Source: a virus
Taxonomy: Duplodnaviria > Caudoviricetes
IMG/VR virus record: IMGVR_UViG_3300044898_000031
Location: 1 to 64,000 of that record
Length of the DNA stretch: 64,000 bases
Reading direction: 5' to 3' (one strand)
Shown: piece after piece, positions 46,001 to 54,863 of the stretch
Numbering within the stretch: the stretch's first letter is position 1
Layout: each line of letters starts with the position of its first letter
Translations under genes and position numbers: made by a program
The notes under the pieces: generated by a model
What the model was told of the DNA's origin: nothing
The model's input: only the letters and a program-made list of their open reading frames with translations
Databases searched by the model: none

Positions 46001-47185
46001 TATTTGGTTGAACATGGAATAGCTCCCACCAGCCGCAGCAGTCACGTCCTGATTGCCGATAATAAACCCGGAATAATCCGTGCCTGATAAGGGGTTGGCA
46101 GAAGTTGACCCCCGCATAAATGCCCGGTAAGCTACTGTGCTATGGTCTGATATTAATAGCTTTGGATTGGTACTTGTATTTACCCCGCTCCCAAATACGG
46201 CAAAGTCGGATGACTCCCTCGCGCCGGGGTTGGACTGGTAAACGCCTTCAAGTGGTGTGCCAATTATAGGCCCTGTAAAAGCAAGCGTATCGCCGTGTTG
46301 ATGTACAGTTACGTTTGACCTGAAATTCAATGGCAGAAAAGGTAAAACCAATGTGTCCACCTTTAGCGTATCATTACTCGTCCGTAGTCCGAAGCCGATA
46401 TGCGCCGTATGTGCGGTCAGTGTATCCTTTAAAGCTGTTTGGGTAACTACATTTATCGTATCCACTGAAAATACATTAGCGGATAATTTCAGCCCGAACC
46501 CGGCATTATAAATCGCCTGATTACTGAAAAAAAGGTTTCCTGCCCCGTCCGTTTGTATTACCTGCCCGCTCAGCCCGTCGTTTGCCGGGAGGATATATTT
46601 TCCTCCAATAGTAAGCGTGTCTGTCCTTAATGACCTCACCCACGGCGTAGCGGTATTTTGCTGTATTAAGGGGTTAGCAAGAACAAACTGATTGATTGGC
46701 CCGGGTGGGATTATTATTGTACCCGTAGGAGTGATTAACACAGCCCCTGCGCGAAGGTCGCCATGCGGTATACTTGGCTCTACCGGATTAGGAGAAAGTA
46801 TCCCTACGGCGATGTGAATGCCGTTATTGGCACTGTCGGCATAAACCGTCTCATACCGTGAGTAAACACTGTCTCTTGGTTGCAGGGTAAAGTTGGCAGG
46901 AGATGATAAAGTATATACCGTATTACTGATATTCCAACTCCCTGCGCTTACAGTTAGCGTCGAGCCGGATACCGAAAGATTAAGACCTGATAATATTTGA
47001 TTATATGATTGGTATTGCCCAAAATCAAAGTACTGGTATGTTAAACCATTAAACATCCATCTATGATGGGTTGACTGGTCATAATACATGGTTGCCTGTG
47101 GCATTTGTACAGGCTGCAATGGCTTTGTTTGTGACTTAACTAAAAACGGGCACAACAATAAAAAGTATAAAAGTAATTTTTTCAT
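43007..47185 (-). CDS. Tail fibre/adhesin with Sec signal peptide (start revised to 47185; 1392 aa)
   Basis: MKKLLLYFLLLCPFLVKS|Q; G/S/T-rich fibre repeats (SVSGTTNRIT, YPTQNAVKTYVD, LKANIASPTFTG, GTPASLTLANATGLP); C-terminal TIDG..SKTINTNYG domain; ATGA overlap. Confidence 0.8.
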   Translation of the reverse strand: MKKLLLYFLLLCPFLVKSQTKPLQPVQMPQATMYYDQSTHHRWMFNGLTYQYFDFGQYQSYNQILSGLNLSVSGSTLTVSAGSWNISNTVYTLSSPANFTLQPRDSVYSRYETVYADSANNGIHIAVGILSPNPVEPSIPHGDLRAGAVLITPTGTIIIPPGPINQFVLANPLIQQNTATPWVRSLRTDTLTIGGKYILPANDGLSGQVIQTDGAGNLFFSNQAIYNAGFGLKLSANVFSVDTINVVTQTALKDTLTAHTAHIGFGLRTSNDTLKVDTLVLPFLPLNFRSNVTVHQHGDTLAFTGPIIGTPLEGVYQSNPGARESSDFAVFGSGVNTSTNPKLLISDHSTVAYRAFMRGSTSANPLSGTDYSGFIIGNQDVTAAAGGSYSMFNQIAIKPLHIINIGGATIDSAYTVNITGPATGAGVNGALKVKGGMTILDLPAITGGTSLVVDAGGNVGTGSGGGGSHIVDGSGTTAIGDSTVNLGGTLTGNFDLDLNGNLFDFHNYGSYSGYHFVTGDNPSGSRDSANYTDVNIGNDRFDIIQNKDISHQVAIFIETTPRVGFHSAIQGIDNTTHNGIEISGVNHALYWGNSLVNKSYTDSTAKAKADSVKGTISSGVTSVSGTTNRITSTGGATPVIDISSTFEALLEKVANKSTTTTLGTSNTLYPTQNAVKTYVDNAVSGVTVPTGANPTATAGTSAVNGSAVTFMRSDAAPKVDSAVFRTVANSYSLSALQTKFNGYVPTTRTLTAGLGMQTIGDLSANRTISADTTVLKSKAGALTDYNNLSGRITTNTTNIATNTSNITLKANIASPTFTGTVTIPNGGVFGTPASLTLANATGLPNAGLVNSTISGVSLGSNLNALTFDTHLTSGGSSYNGSAAVTITTDATNAATASTIVSRDANANSTINNLIQNGQSIATAAGTTTLTVGSPNKTIFTGTTTQTCVLPVASTLVFNYSISIKNSSTGVVTVQSSGGNTVRIMPAGSSAVFTCILTSGTTAASWWVDYNEGVSLTAANIWTGLNTFQQNNIVITPTDALFLQNNTLSTSGVPRQISPSLHLGAHVWNTTTTAADNYADWIQYADVTSGAAPTTTLTWASSRGSSSTPSYTTRMVLDNSGSLTLTNSGTFTTNGSIIGGFIQGNQGIFTASGGTANFNANGGTSTTTTTSTGAIYAGAATNNYRVLFNGNTNSLVANGTTYSNAIFGSTPFQVGTATTVPWAATVVANPLGTITLVGTGSVTNTASLYVGNAVATGVNNFSAWIGTGAFHLDGLTASKLVGTDANKNLVSVNSTNYLNSRTTVSDVAYTALSTDYLISYTSLTAARTVTLIALTDQQQQIIKDEAGTAGTNNITINAPSGKTIDGASSKTINTNYGNIRVYYVASSGNFFTY

Positions 47186-47760
47186 GATATGATAAAGCCG
47201 CTTATTTGAATATAGCCTGTAGTCGGTATAGGATATGTCCATGTGTAACTGTCTGGCAGGTTTATATCGCTGTCAATATTAATGATGGTAGGCACTGTTG
47301 CGGTATCCTGTGTATACGTTCCATCGCCGTTGGATACCCATATAGATATATCAGGGAAGTTTCCATACAAGATAGAATAGGTAGCTTGATAGCCCGATAA
47401 TGAAATGGTAGTTTGTGCATTAAATAGTATCCTTGTTGCATTGGCCGTGACATCTTGGGTGATAACAATTGAATTTGGCGGCGGTTGGTAATTCTCGTCT
47501 ATCTCATTCAGTGTGGGGTCCAGCCCTATTTTTTCACTCAGACAGATATAAACGGCTACCGCTTCACTTGAATTATAATCACCCATATTAAACTGCCTGC
47601 TCAATGCCTGTATATTAAGGTAATATTCTTGTGCTTCTTTCCAACTGACAGACCCCAATGGTGCTCCTTTAGTCAATTTTACACGGTTATCCTCAACTAA
47701 ATTCGCCATAATCAGTTGAGCCGTGAGTATCGTATTTTGTACCTGATCCTGTGTTATCAT
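47182..47760 (-). CDS. Putative tail hub/fibre-attachment protein
   Basis: Position between ejection genes and fibre; no signal peptide. Confidence 0.5.
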   Translation of the reverse strand: MITQDQVQNTILTAQLIMANLVEDNRVKLTKGAPLGSVSWKEAQEYYLNIQALSRQFNMGDYNSSEAVAVYICLSEKIGLDPTLNEIDENYQPPPNSIVITQDVTANATRILFNAQTTISLSGYQATYSILYGNFPDISIWVSNGDGTYTQDTATVPTIINIDSDINLPDSYTWTYPIPTTGYIQISGFIIS

Positions 47761-48212
47761 GGGTTCAAATAAGTATTTGCTGCTACAATATTATTTTGTG
47801 CCAAAATGCTTAACCCTGCCAAGGCATAGCGTAAAGCTGCCGCTAAAAATAGTTCACCTATTGAAAGTTCCTGAAATGTTTCATGTGAACAGTTACAGGA
47901 GCACCCTACTTTACTGATGATATTTAAAAAAGTGGCACTATAAATACCTATCGCTAAATAGTCCCTTATTTTTTCATAACTGCCGTTATTGTCTATCACG
48001 TCAAGCTTAAACCGAAACCATGCATCTGCCGTAATGCCATAATTTGCGGTCAGGCTTGTACCCATATTGATCTGCGTTAGCTCGTTGCCTAATGCATCGT
48101 AGATAGTCAGCATACGGCTTGTTACTGTGCCGTACCCTGTTCCGGTATCCGTGGCTGTCAGGGTTTTCCCGTCAAGGGATGATGATATTGAAAGTCCTAT
48201 TACTGCTGACAT
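47757..48212 (-). CDS. Putative tail hub/adaptor protein
   Basis: Beta-rich N-terminus plus helical C-terminus with CSCNC; synteny. Confidence 0.5.
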   Translation of the reverse strand: MSAVIGLSISSSLDGKTLTATDTGTGYGTVTSRMLTIYDALGNELTQINMGTSLTANYGITADAWFRFKLDVIDNNGSYEKIRDYLAIGIYSATFLNIISKVGCSCNCSHETFQELSIGELFLAAALRYALAGLSILAQNNIVAANTYLNP

Positions 48213-48215
48213 AAC

Positions 48216-48551
48216 TTATGCTTTTTGGTATTGTAAAAGACTGTAATCTGCAAAAGATGGCGGAACAAGAACATTTATAAGCAACGTATCGCCATTGGCT
48301 AATCCGCCCGGAAGCGTTGTCCACGTAATGGTATAAACGGTCAATCCGGCTACTGTAGTTTTGGCAACGGTAGCACTATCCATAGGAATAGTGAGTGCTG
48401 CGGTAACATCATATATGCTTACTATTGACCCCGGAACACCAGTACTAAGATTTATTTTAAGTCCGCTCTGAATACCGTTTATCACCAGCTTTCCGTTGCC
48501 GGGGGTAAACGTGTATGTGTACGGATTTTGTTTACTAATCTGAATAACCAT
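48216..48551 (-). CDS. Putative tail structural protein
   Basis: YTFTPG motif; beta-rich; synteny. Confidence 0.5.
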   Translation of the reverse strand: MVIQISKQNPYTYTFTPGNGKLVINGIQSGLKINLSTGVPGSIVSIYDVTAALTIPMDSATVAKTTVAGLTVYTITWTTLPGGLANGDTLLINVLVPPSFADYSLLQYQKA

Positions 48552-48596
48552 GATTTCTCTATTTTTAGTAAAGATAATTTATTATAAAGGTGTTTT

Positions 48597-51500
48597 TTAT
48601 TCAGCCTCTTTTGCCATTGTCTTTTGTAAATCCTGTTGGCCCTTTTGTATAAAATGTGCTTTTGCAGCATCATTGCCATGAGGAGTAAATAATCTCGGCA
48701 GTGCTATATCTCGTATATACCCGAAAAGCGATAATACACCTGCTTGGTCAGCATTAACATTATTATCAATTGAGTTTATGCCAAATAAGCTTTTTTCAAA
48801 TCCTGTCTTTTGGTTAAGATAATTTATGCCTTTTTCAAGTGCTGGATTTAATGATTCGGTGGCTACCATAGCATTTGCAAGATACTGCTCTCCAAATCCT
48901 ACAGCATTAACTTTCCTAAATAAACCAATATCTGGTTGCCCTTTATCATTTCTGTTATTAGTAATATAAGGTGCTCTACCTGTTACAGCAGTTGTCACAA
49001 ACTGAGTCCCTGGCGCTGAGGTTAAAGGACTAACGAATGTATTTAAAGCCTGATTAGATGCTGCTTCGACGCTTTGACCTGCTGTACCGCCCAATTGATT
49101 TGTTTCCCATGCTTTAGGTGCGCCAATGGCACGTAATCCACGACCAAGTACAGGGAATTGAGAACCAAAAATATCTATATCATCCCATTCACCAGTTTTT
49201 TCATTATAAGCGAATTTCTTCGTGAAATCATTTTTAAGGGACTCTGGCATAGGCACACGACCAAGTTTACTTGTTTCATCTTCCCATGGCCATTTTCCTG
49301 TAATCGCATGATAGGCTGTCATCCAGTAAGCAACTGCCCCTACAACCCCTCCTGTCACTAATTGAGCGGCTTTATATCCTATCAATTTAGCCGTTTGTTT
49401 AGCGCCCATTTTTGTTGTAAATGCCTGTTTTATAGTTGGTCTTTCTAATGCCAATGGGCTTGTTCCTGTTACTGCCTGTAATCCTGCTTTATAAATAGCA
49501 GAACCAAAGGTATAATATGGTGCCATTCCGCTCTCCTTTAGATTCCTGCCTAATGTGCTTTGCAGTGCTTTGGTATAAACACCCAATTCTTCCTGCATTT
49601 TTTGATGTAATTCAGGGGTTGCCTGTGGATTCATAGCATCTGTAAGCCTGTACATAAGAACTCTTGCCTTCAAGTCAAAAGAATGATTGCCATAAAGTAA
49701 TGGTGAAAAATCCCAAAAAGCAGGAATATCTATTTTGCCAACTTTTAAACGTAATGCTTTTGCACCCATATCTTCGGCAAATTCCCTATTCCATGTTTTC
49801 TGCCATGTCTTTTCAGGTATAAACCCTTCATTAGCCATTTTTTGAATAGTTCTTAAAGCATCGTCACTTGAAATGTCAGTGGCTAATATTTTCCCTATTG
49901 TTAAAAAACTTTTTGTTACTGGGTTATTAGCTATAAGCCCTCCCGCTTTACCTATCAGCCCATTTTTATAAGCCCATTCAGTTACATATGGATTTGACCC
50001 CGTAATGACACCTGTGAGCCTGTATGCATGTGCGGTAGCTTCTAACGGCCCACCCAATTGGAATTTTATGAGTGTATTGGCTACTTTTCCAAATAGGCTA
50101 TACTTATCAAATTCATCCGTTGAGTTAAATATAGGTTTCATCTCATCATGTAACCATTTAGGCATCAGTACGTATTTTGATGGTGTATGTGTGATTTTAC
50201 CATCATTTATAATCATCCTACTGTCCTTTACCTTTTCCTTAACAGCATCAAATACCTCGTCACCTATCTGTATTTTATTGCCATCGTCAGGATGATTATG
50301 TGGTATATCAACTACTAATCCTGCTTCTTTTAAAGCATCAATTGCATTTGATTTATTGTTGGTTTTAATAGATGATACAAGCTTATTTGAAAAGTCAGCA
50401 ATTGCGGTGCTATAATTATCGCCCTGTCCTGTAAACATTTTATTGTTTATATTTTGAGGGGCATTAAAAGTATTTCCTTTCGACGGTATTCTCGCTTTTT
50501 CATTGCCACCTAAACGAGTCATGGGGAAATAAGTATCTAATGGGCCAAGAGCATCACTAAAAATACCCTCGTTACTTGCATGGCTGTCGGCTATTGGTTT
50601 TTCTATAAATTCCTTATATGCCTCCAATGCCTGTTGCATTTTATGGTCGGTAAATTTGCCGTCTTTTACCTGATCATCGAAAGTCTTACCATTAGATAAT
50701 GTTCCTAAAGTAATTACATTATCTGCCGCATGTTTAAATACGTCTGAAATATATTGCCGAGCTTCGTCATACCTCGCAGCCCCAATAAGGCTTGCGGCAA
50801 AGTCAGCTGGATTACCTTCTCCCTCTAATGGCTGTAAGGTTTTTATCATGCTGTACATATTGCCATCTTTGCCATCCTTAAAAAGGTCATGCAAATCACT
50901 ATCACTTTGCTTTTCTATTTGGTCAGCATAGCCATTCCATCGTTCTTTTGCCCCTCGTAGCCTGCTTTCTACCAATGCTTCACGTAGATTTGTCCACCCA
51001 TCGCTACCAACTAAGTTCTTTATTGCCTTAGTAGCTGTTTTAAGTATAACTGAGGCTTGCGATCGAGAGGTAGCATATTTTCTAACTGCATCATAAGCAT
51101 CAAAGTTTTTTATGTCGTGTGTAAATGCCCTCAACTGTTCTAAGTTCCGTATAGTATAACTTTTTAGTGCCGCTGTTCGGGTATATACCCTTTTAGTTTC
51201 ATCTTTCTGTTTTTCAGGTAATTCATCTACTGGAACAGGTAACTTTGCTTGTGCAGGTATTTGCCTTTTAGGAAGTGTGGCAACTGGCTTTTTGCGCTCC
51301 GCCATAAACTGGTCAAGTTCCTTTGGTGTATTGTATGGCTTTCTCTCTTTTGGATCAAGGTTGGCAAGATGTGCCGCATACGCTGACTTTAAAGCATCAA
51401 CATCCTCATCGGTGGTATCATGATACGTTTTTAACCAATCATTTACTATATCGGCAAATTTATGTATACCAATATCAGCATAAGCCTTTATCACTTTAGC

Positions 51501-54500
51501 CATGCTCTTTAATAATTCAGGGTTGACCCCTATATTTGTTTCAGAACGTGCTTTTTTTAAGGCTTGTGATAATTCTTTTTTAGACTGCTCTAAATATTGC
51601 CCCCGTTTTACTGCGCCTGCGGATTTTTCAGGTTGTTCACGTACTGTCTCACCTTTAATATTTTCGTCCGCACTTCGGCTTTCGTCATTGGCCTGTCGTA
51701 CATCTTCCGGAATGCGTCCAGTGTCTTCTGCGTTGTTTGCAGGTAGTCCGGTATTTGTTCTTGACTGCTCATAATCCCTTATTTGGTCGGCAGTGATGCC
51801 GTTTGGTTTTAAATCCTTTGTTACTCCGGCTTTTGCCTTATCATTCAGGTTTACCAGTTTAGCCTTACTCTCATCTTGAATATCTAATGCTTCTTTAGCC
51901 TTTTTAATAAGTTCGGGAGTAAGTTTTTCACGATTCTGGCTGTAAGCTAACCGCGCCTCAAAATCGCTGTCATAGGGTTTAGAAATAGTTAATCCTGAAT
52001 TGGTATCCACAATACCGAATTTCCCATCAGGGAGTTCCCCCAATGCTAAATGATATTCAGACCCTTTTAGCTTATAAGGTTGAAGCAGGTTATTATCCTT
52101 AATTTTGATTTTACCTGCTTTACCTTGCGTTACTTCTTCTTTGGTGGGAATGGGTTTTTCTTCTTTGCTGGTTTTTTCTTGCTGCCCATTTTGTCCGCTT
52201 TCTTGTCCATTTTCGGCTCGTAGCCCTTCTTCATTGTTGCCATTTTCTGTTGTTTTTATTGGTGAATATTTAATATATTTAGCTATATCATAAACTTTTT
52301 GCTCCCGATCAACTTCTGCCTGCCAAACTTTAGCCATCTTCTCATCTTTAAGACGATTAGCTTCGACAAGATTATCTTTTGCATTTTGTAACCTTCTCTC
52401 AGTGGCTTCCAAATTAGGTCTATTCTCAGCCAATTGTCTTTCAGTTGACCTTTTTGGCGTTAAATTCGGTTTGCCTTGTGGTGCTTTATCAATACGCTCA
52501 GGGAACTCTTTTTTTATTTGGTCAAGCCCATCGGTGCCTATAAACCAATCTTTGTGAACCTTAAATACACCATCATCCTTTACATTAAAGATAACTTTAC
52601 CGTCTTTATCAACTTCATACCCTGCTTTTTTAACAGCATCTACATTTTCGCCATCACCATCCAAAGCCGCATGAACTTCTTGCATTTGATCGATAATATC
52701 AGCTTTTTGTGCCTTTAGTTTTGCAGTAGTGGCATTATCTTTATCCTTTAACTCTTTAGCTTTACTATCAATGGCTTTAATCAACTGTTCTTCTTTGACA
52801 TCATCCGCTTTAACTTCGGTACGTCCACTGGCTTGCTCACTTGTTGTGGTAGGCTCTTTTGGTCGGTCTGATCCGCCCATTTTTTCGCCCATTTCTGGTG
52901 TGTCGCGAATGCCCATTTTTGCTGTTTCTTGCTGAGAAAGGGTGCCATTTTCTTGTTCTCCTATATTAGTTTCAGGTGTTTCATTAACTTTTTCAGCAGG
53001 GGCTTCCTGCGGTGCTTGCGGTACGCCATTTTCAACAGTCGGCTCAATCGGTGGTGTGTTGACTTGGTTCTGTATATCTTCATGCTGCTCTTTGATGACA
53101 CCTTTTAAAGCCTTATAAGCCTCGTTCTTTAATTTGGTAAGGTTCTCTATCCCTACTTCCGCTTCGGTCTTTTCAACGGGGTCTTGTGAGCCGTCAGCGA
53201 TAGGTTGCAGGTTCTTTAAATCCTCGTCAATCGCACTGATCTTTTTGCCTATCTTCTGCTTTAAATTTTCCGTCAAATCCGTATGTACGGCATTTACCTT
53301 GTCTAAAACGGCCTGTTTCTCCGGTGCTGATAATTCTGAATTATTTATACCCTCTACGAAACTTGCCTTATCAGCCAATAGGCTTTGCGCTATCGTTTTG
53401 ACATTGGATAGCTTGCTATACGTTGAACTTGCTGCTGCCAGTTGCGCCCTTTTCTCCGGGTCAGTCTCCTTTTTTGCCTGTGCTGCATAATCTACCGCTT
53501 TCGCATTCAGGTCAGCCGCATTATCCGGTAACTCATAAGCTTCTTTAATAGCATCAGGGGAAGCATCCAAAAAGTTGTTCATCGCTACCGCCTGCCTGTT
53601 CTGCTTAAATTCCTGCAATGGCGCATCCGCCTTTTCAAACTCTCCTGCGGTATGTGCCGCCTTTAACAGCCCAAAAAAACCACCGATACCTGCATTAGTT
53701 TCCGCCTCTTTTAAATCAAATGGTTTTCCTTGTAATAAATTTGAGGCAATAGGATAAGCCCCGAAGATAGCGGCATCCGTAACTGCATCAACCCCCATTT
53801 TAGTAAGTTTACCATCGGTTAATATTCCTGTCGAAGTAAGTCCGTTAGCTATCTTTGGCGAAATAAACTCCCCTCCTATTGAACCCAATACATTCATGGT
53901 AGCGGCGCTTATCCCCTCGTGTACTGCTCCCTTTAAGCCCTCTTTAGCAGCTTCTGCGGGTGCGCGTCCCTGCTGCCTTGCAAGGTCATAGCTTTCCAGC
54001 CCTCCTTTAATAGCTGATATTTTTGTAAATGGATTTATCACCACTGATTTTAACTTCGCCAGTGACGCAGCATTTACGCCCATATCGGCTGTAGTGCCCA
54101 ATTCCGCTTCGGGTGCTAATGCTGCCGCACCTGCTATTGGGGCTATATTGATAAGCCCACTTGTCACGTTCCCAAAAAATGTATTTGGCAACGGGTTCTT
54201 CTGATCCTGCTCCGTAGTGGCATTATTATAACTGTCAAGCCCTAAAGCAAGCTTATTAGTAAAACTGCCTGCGGTATGGTCATCCCCTAATTTATTAGCC
54301 AAATCAACTGATACGTGGGCTAAGCCAGCCAGTGGCTTTGTTACAGCCCCTACAAGCGCATGCTCAAATATTGGGAGTGTATTGCCCCAATTCCCGGGAT
54401 GTGCTTTCTCAAAGTCTTTACGCTGCTTTTCTAAGTCCTGATAATATTGACTACCGGGATTATTAAGCTGCGCTTCAGGCGTATTTTGATTAGCTATAAA

Positions 54501-54863
54501 CTGCTGCACTGCTGCTTTATCATCAGGGTTATTCTGATTAAAAATAGGGGCATCCTGTGGCATTCCCTGAAACTGTGGATTTGGCGTATTAGCTACCTGC
54601 TGGTCGTGCGCTAACTGCGCTTGTCCGTTTAATGGGAATGGATTAAAATCTTGGCCGTTCGTGCCACCACTCTGCGAGCCGTTTGAGGTAGTTGACGCAG
54701 CGGGAGTAGAAACTTTTTTTTTTACGGCCAAATCCCCGAAAGGATTAAGACCGCCCGTTTTATCCTGTACAGGCGCAGGCGTAGTCCCATGCTTGTACTG
54801 ATGCAAAGCCTTTAAAAGTGGGTTATCGCCCGGAGGTGTTTCTACTGCATTTAAATCAGCCAT
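48597..54863 (-). CDS. Large internal virion (ejection) protein, 2088 aa
   Basis: Size, helical A/K/E-rich composition, third of three consecutive genes after the muzzle. Confidence 0.75.
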   Translation of the reverse strand: MADLNAVETPPGDNPLLKALHQYKHGTTPAPVQDKTGGLNPFGDLAVKKKVSTPAASTTSNGSQSGGTNGQDFNPFPLNGQAQLAHDQQVANTPNPQFQGMPQDAPIFNQNNPDDKAAVQQFIANQNTPEAQLNNPGSQYYQDLEKQRKDFEKAHPGNWGNTLPIFEHALVGAVTKPLAGLAHVSVDLANKLGDDHTAGSFTNKLALGLDSYNNATTEQDQKNPLPNTFFGNVTSGLINIAPIAGAAALAPEAELGTTADMGVNAASLAKLKSVVINPFTKISAIKGGLESYDLARQQGRAPAEAAKEGLKGAVHEGISAATMNVLGSIGGEFISPKIANGLTSTGILTDGKLTKMGVDAVTDAAIFGAYPIASNLLQGKPFDLKEAETNAGIGGFFGLLKAAHTAGEFEKADAPLQEFKQNRQAVAMNNFLDASPDAIKEAYELPDNAADLNAKAVDYAAQAKKETDPEKRAQLAAASSTYSKLSNVKTIAQSLLADKASFVEGINNSELSAPEKQAVLDKVNAVHTDLTENLKQKIGKKISAIDEDLKNLQPIADGSQDPVEKTEAEVGIENLTKLKNEAYKALKGVIKEQHEDIQNQVNTPPIEPTVENGVPQAPQEAPAEKVNETPETNIGEQENGTLSQQETAKMGIRDTPEMGEKMGGSDRPKEPTTTSEQASGRTEVKADDVKEEQLIKAIDSKAKELKDKDNATTAKLKAQKADIIDQMQEVHAALDGDGENVDAVKKAGYEVDKDGKVIFNVKDDGVFKVHKDWFIGTDGLDQIKKEFPERIDKAPQGKPNLTPKRSTERQLAENRPNLEATERRLQNAKDNLVEANRLKDEKMAKVWQAEVDREQKVYDIAKYIKYSPIKTTENGNNEEGLRAENGQESGQNGQQEKTSKEEKPIPTKEEVTQGKAGKIKIKDNNLLQPYKLKGSEYHLALGELPDGKFGIVDTNSGLTISKPYDSDFEARLAYSQNREKLTPELIKKAKEALDIQDESKAKLVNLNDKAKAGVTKDLKPNGITADQIRDYEQSRTNTGLPANNAEDTGRIPEDVRQANDESRSADENIKGETVREQPEKSAGAVKRGQYLEQSKKELSQALKKARSETNIGVNPELLKSMAKVIKAYADIGIHKFADIVNDWLKTYHDTTDEDVDALKSAYAAHLANLDPKERKPYNTPKELDQFMAERKKPVATLPKRQIPAQAKLPVPVDELPEKQKDETKRVYTRTAALKSYTIRNLEQLRAFTHDIKNFDAYDAVRKYATSRSQASVILKTATKAIKNLVGSDGWTNLREALVESRLRGAKERWNGYADQIEKQSDSDLHDLFKDGKDGNMYSMIKTLQPLEGEGNPADFAASLIGAARYDEARQYISDVFKHAADNVITLGTLSNGKTFDDQVKDGKFTDHKMQQALEAYKEFIEKPIADSHASNEGIFSDALGPLDTYFPMTRLGGNEKARIPSKGNTFNAPQNINNKMFTGQGDNYSTAIADFSNKLVSSIKTNNKSNAIDALKEAGLVVDIPHNHPDDGNKIQIGDEVFDAVKEKVKDSRMIINDGKITHTPSKYVLMPKWLHDEMKPIFNSTDEFDKYSLFGKVANTLIKFQLGGPLEATAHAYRLTGVITGSNPYVTEWAYKNGLIGKAGGLIANNPVTKSFLTIGKILATDISSDDALRTIQKMANEGFIPEKTWQKTWNREFAEDMGAKALRLKVGKIDIPAFWDFSPLLYGNHSFDLKARVLMYRLTDAMNPQATPELHQKMQEELGVYTKALQSTLGRNLKESGMAPYYTFGSAIYKAGLQAVTGTSPLALERPTIKQAFTTKMGAKQTAKLIGYKAAQLVTGGVVGAVAYWMTAYHAITGKWPWEDETSKLGRVPMPESLKNDFTKKFAYNEKTGEWDDIDIFGSQFPVLGRGLRAIGAPKAWETNQLGGTAGQSVEAASNQALNTFVSPLTSAPGTQFVTTAVTGRAPYITNNRNDKGQPDIGLFRKVNAVGFGEQYLANAMVATESLNPALEKGINYLNQKTGFEKSLFGINSIDNNVNADQAGVLSLFGYIRDIALPRLFTPHGNDAAKAHFIQKGQQDLQKTMAKEAE

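Noticed and set aside
47185-47242. Track start MDISYTDY... for the fibre
   Set aside because: Extension lies inside the upstream gene; ATG at 47185 gives ATGA coupling and a clean signal peptide
48216-48551. Glycosylation of the 111-aa tail protein (DSA, DTL) and 83-aa protein at 8924 (DST, DTL)
   Set aside because: No signal peptide, so no periplasmic access; two motifs are compatible with chance
48597-54863. crAss-type virion RNA polymerase
   Set aside because: No convincing catalytic motif seen; the DDIDIF near the C-terminus lacks the expected context
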